A stretch of DNA of 64,000 nt from Mobula hypostoma (lineage: Eukaryota), in assembly GCF_963921235.1 (NCBI RefSeq), contig NC_086097.1, positions 183,336,001-183,400,000 of the forward strand, read 5' to 3'. Below, piece by piece: positions 62,838 to 64,000 of this stretch. The notes under the pieces were generated by a model. That model had not been told where the DNA came from. It did not search any database and was given only the letters and a program-made list of their open reading frames with translations. How positions within the stretch are numbered: the stretch's first letter is position 1; each line of letters starts with the position of its first letter. The position numbers were made by a program, and so were the translations under genes.

Positions 62838-64000
62838 AAGTGTTGAACTTATTCTTGTTTTAATGCAAGTATTTAGTTGAATTACTATTTCTGGTTATAT
62901 CAATGTAGTCTAGGATTCTAAGTATATTCTGCGTTATTGTTTTTTTCAATTGTGCAAAAATATAAAGTAATATTGAAATTGGTATTACAATTTATAAACT
63001 TTTCCAGCCTATTTCAGTTATTTTAACTTCAATTTAGAAGTGTATTCTAATGATCCTTAATCCCAGTGATGCTGTTTTTCTTTTGCAGTTCTCTGATGTT
63101 AGAAAACGTACCATTTGAGTCGGTATTGGATCTTTTTATTGCAGGTTAATAAAAATAACAATTCAGAACTTGAATAAATAGTTAAGACCTTTTCATTCAG
63201 AGTATTATGGACAAAAATAATCTTCTGAAAATCATAAACTTAATTTAAGAAATGGGATTTAGGTTTTATAAAATGTTGCATTCTTTAAGTGGGAATTTGG
63301 TATGCGTGTTGTCGTCTGAACTTGCCTCCGAATTGATGTAAAGTGCAATCCGTGGTACCTGATGTTCTCACTATTGTGAAAAATGTGAGGATCATCATCA
63401 CAGTCTAATAAATTATTTCTCAAGATGTTTGCTGGATTGCTACCTACTTTCTGAATTTTTTCATTGCCTGTAATTATTAAAGTAGATTGAAATTGGCATG
63501 GTTGTGGAACTGCTTGCTCTTTCATGGTATTTTACATCTAATTTTTATTTGATCACCTAGAGTAAGCAAACCAGGTTACTGTTTGAGAAAAGTAATATTG
63601 CACCTAGTGTTAGCAGAATGTTAATTGGTTAAGAGATGAAGAAAAGATTTGATATTCTGTACATTCTTAACAGGAGCCTAAGGAAGAAGTTGATAAATTA
63701 TGGTCATTTTTGTAGAATTTTATTTGTTTTTTAAGAAATGGGTCTTTTACTCATTGGGGAAAGAAGAGTAGAGTAGAAGTAAACTGGATGTGACTGGGTA
63801 GTTACACATTTGCTATTCACCATGAATTTCATTCCACTTGATACTAGTAAACTACAGTTTAGCTTTTCTCATATTAAATAGAATTTCAGCTGTTCTTCAG
63901 GCCTAGTGTTGCATTGATGTGGCAGAGTAGTTATCTTCCGAATTTTCGAATGTAACTCCATTTGGTCTTGGTTAATGAGTTGAGGGTTCTTGAAATTTGC

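Overview
Eukaryotic (vertebrate) genomic DNA. The repeat content (CR1, Rex1/Babar, HE1-like V-SINEs, Penelope-like elements) suggests a cartilaginous fish, probably a ray; this is inference. The window holds the 5' part of TMEM67 (meckelin/MKS3) on the minus strand: coding exons 1-11 (60631 down to 3844, 1095 nt = 365 codons), all with GT/AG ends and a continuous frame, with the gene running off the left edge. A GC/CpG-rich promoter at about 60.4-61.3 kb probably also drives a divergent plus-strand gene. The introns are mostly transposable elements, often nested: CR1, Rex1/Babar, a HERO-type RLE retrotransposon, two Gypsy LTR elements plus a solo LTR, two Tc1 elements, Tigger and hAT remnants, and SINEs. 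The most notable system is a set of minimal hammerhead ribozymes carried by two Penelope-like element (PLE) families. Both families also yield ORF-less 150-250 bp fold-back mini-elements with 12-15 bp target-site duplications (TSDs). In one of these the palindrome axis is exactly the predicted ribozyme cleavage site. Most ORFs in the supplied track are TE fragments or chance ORFs.
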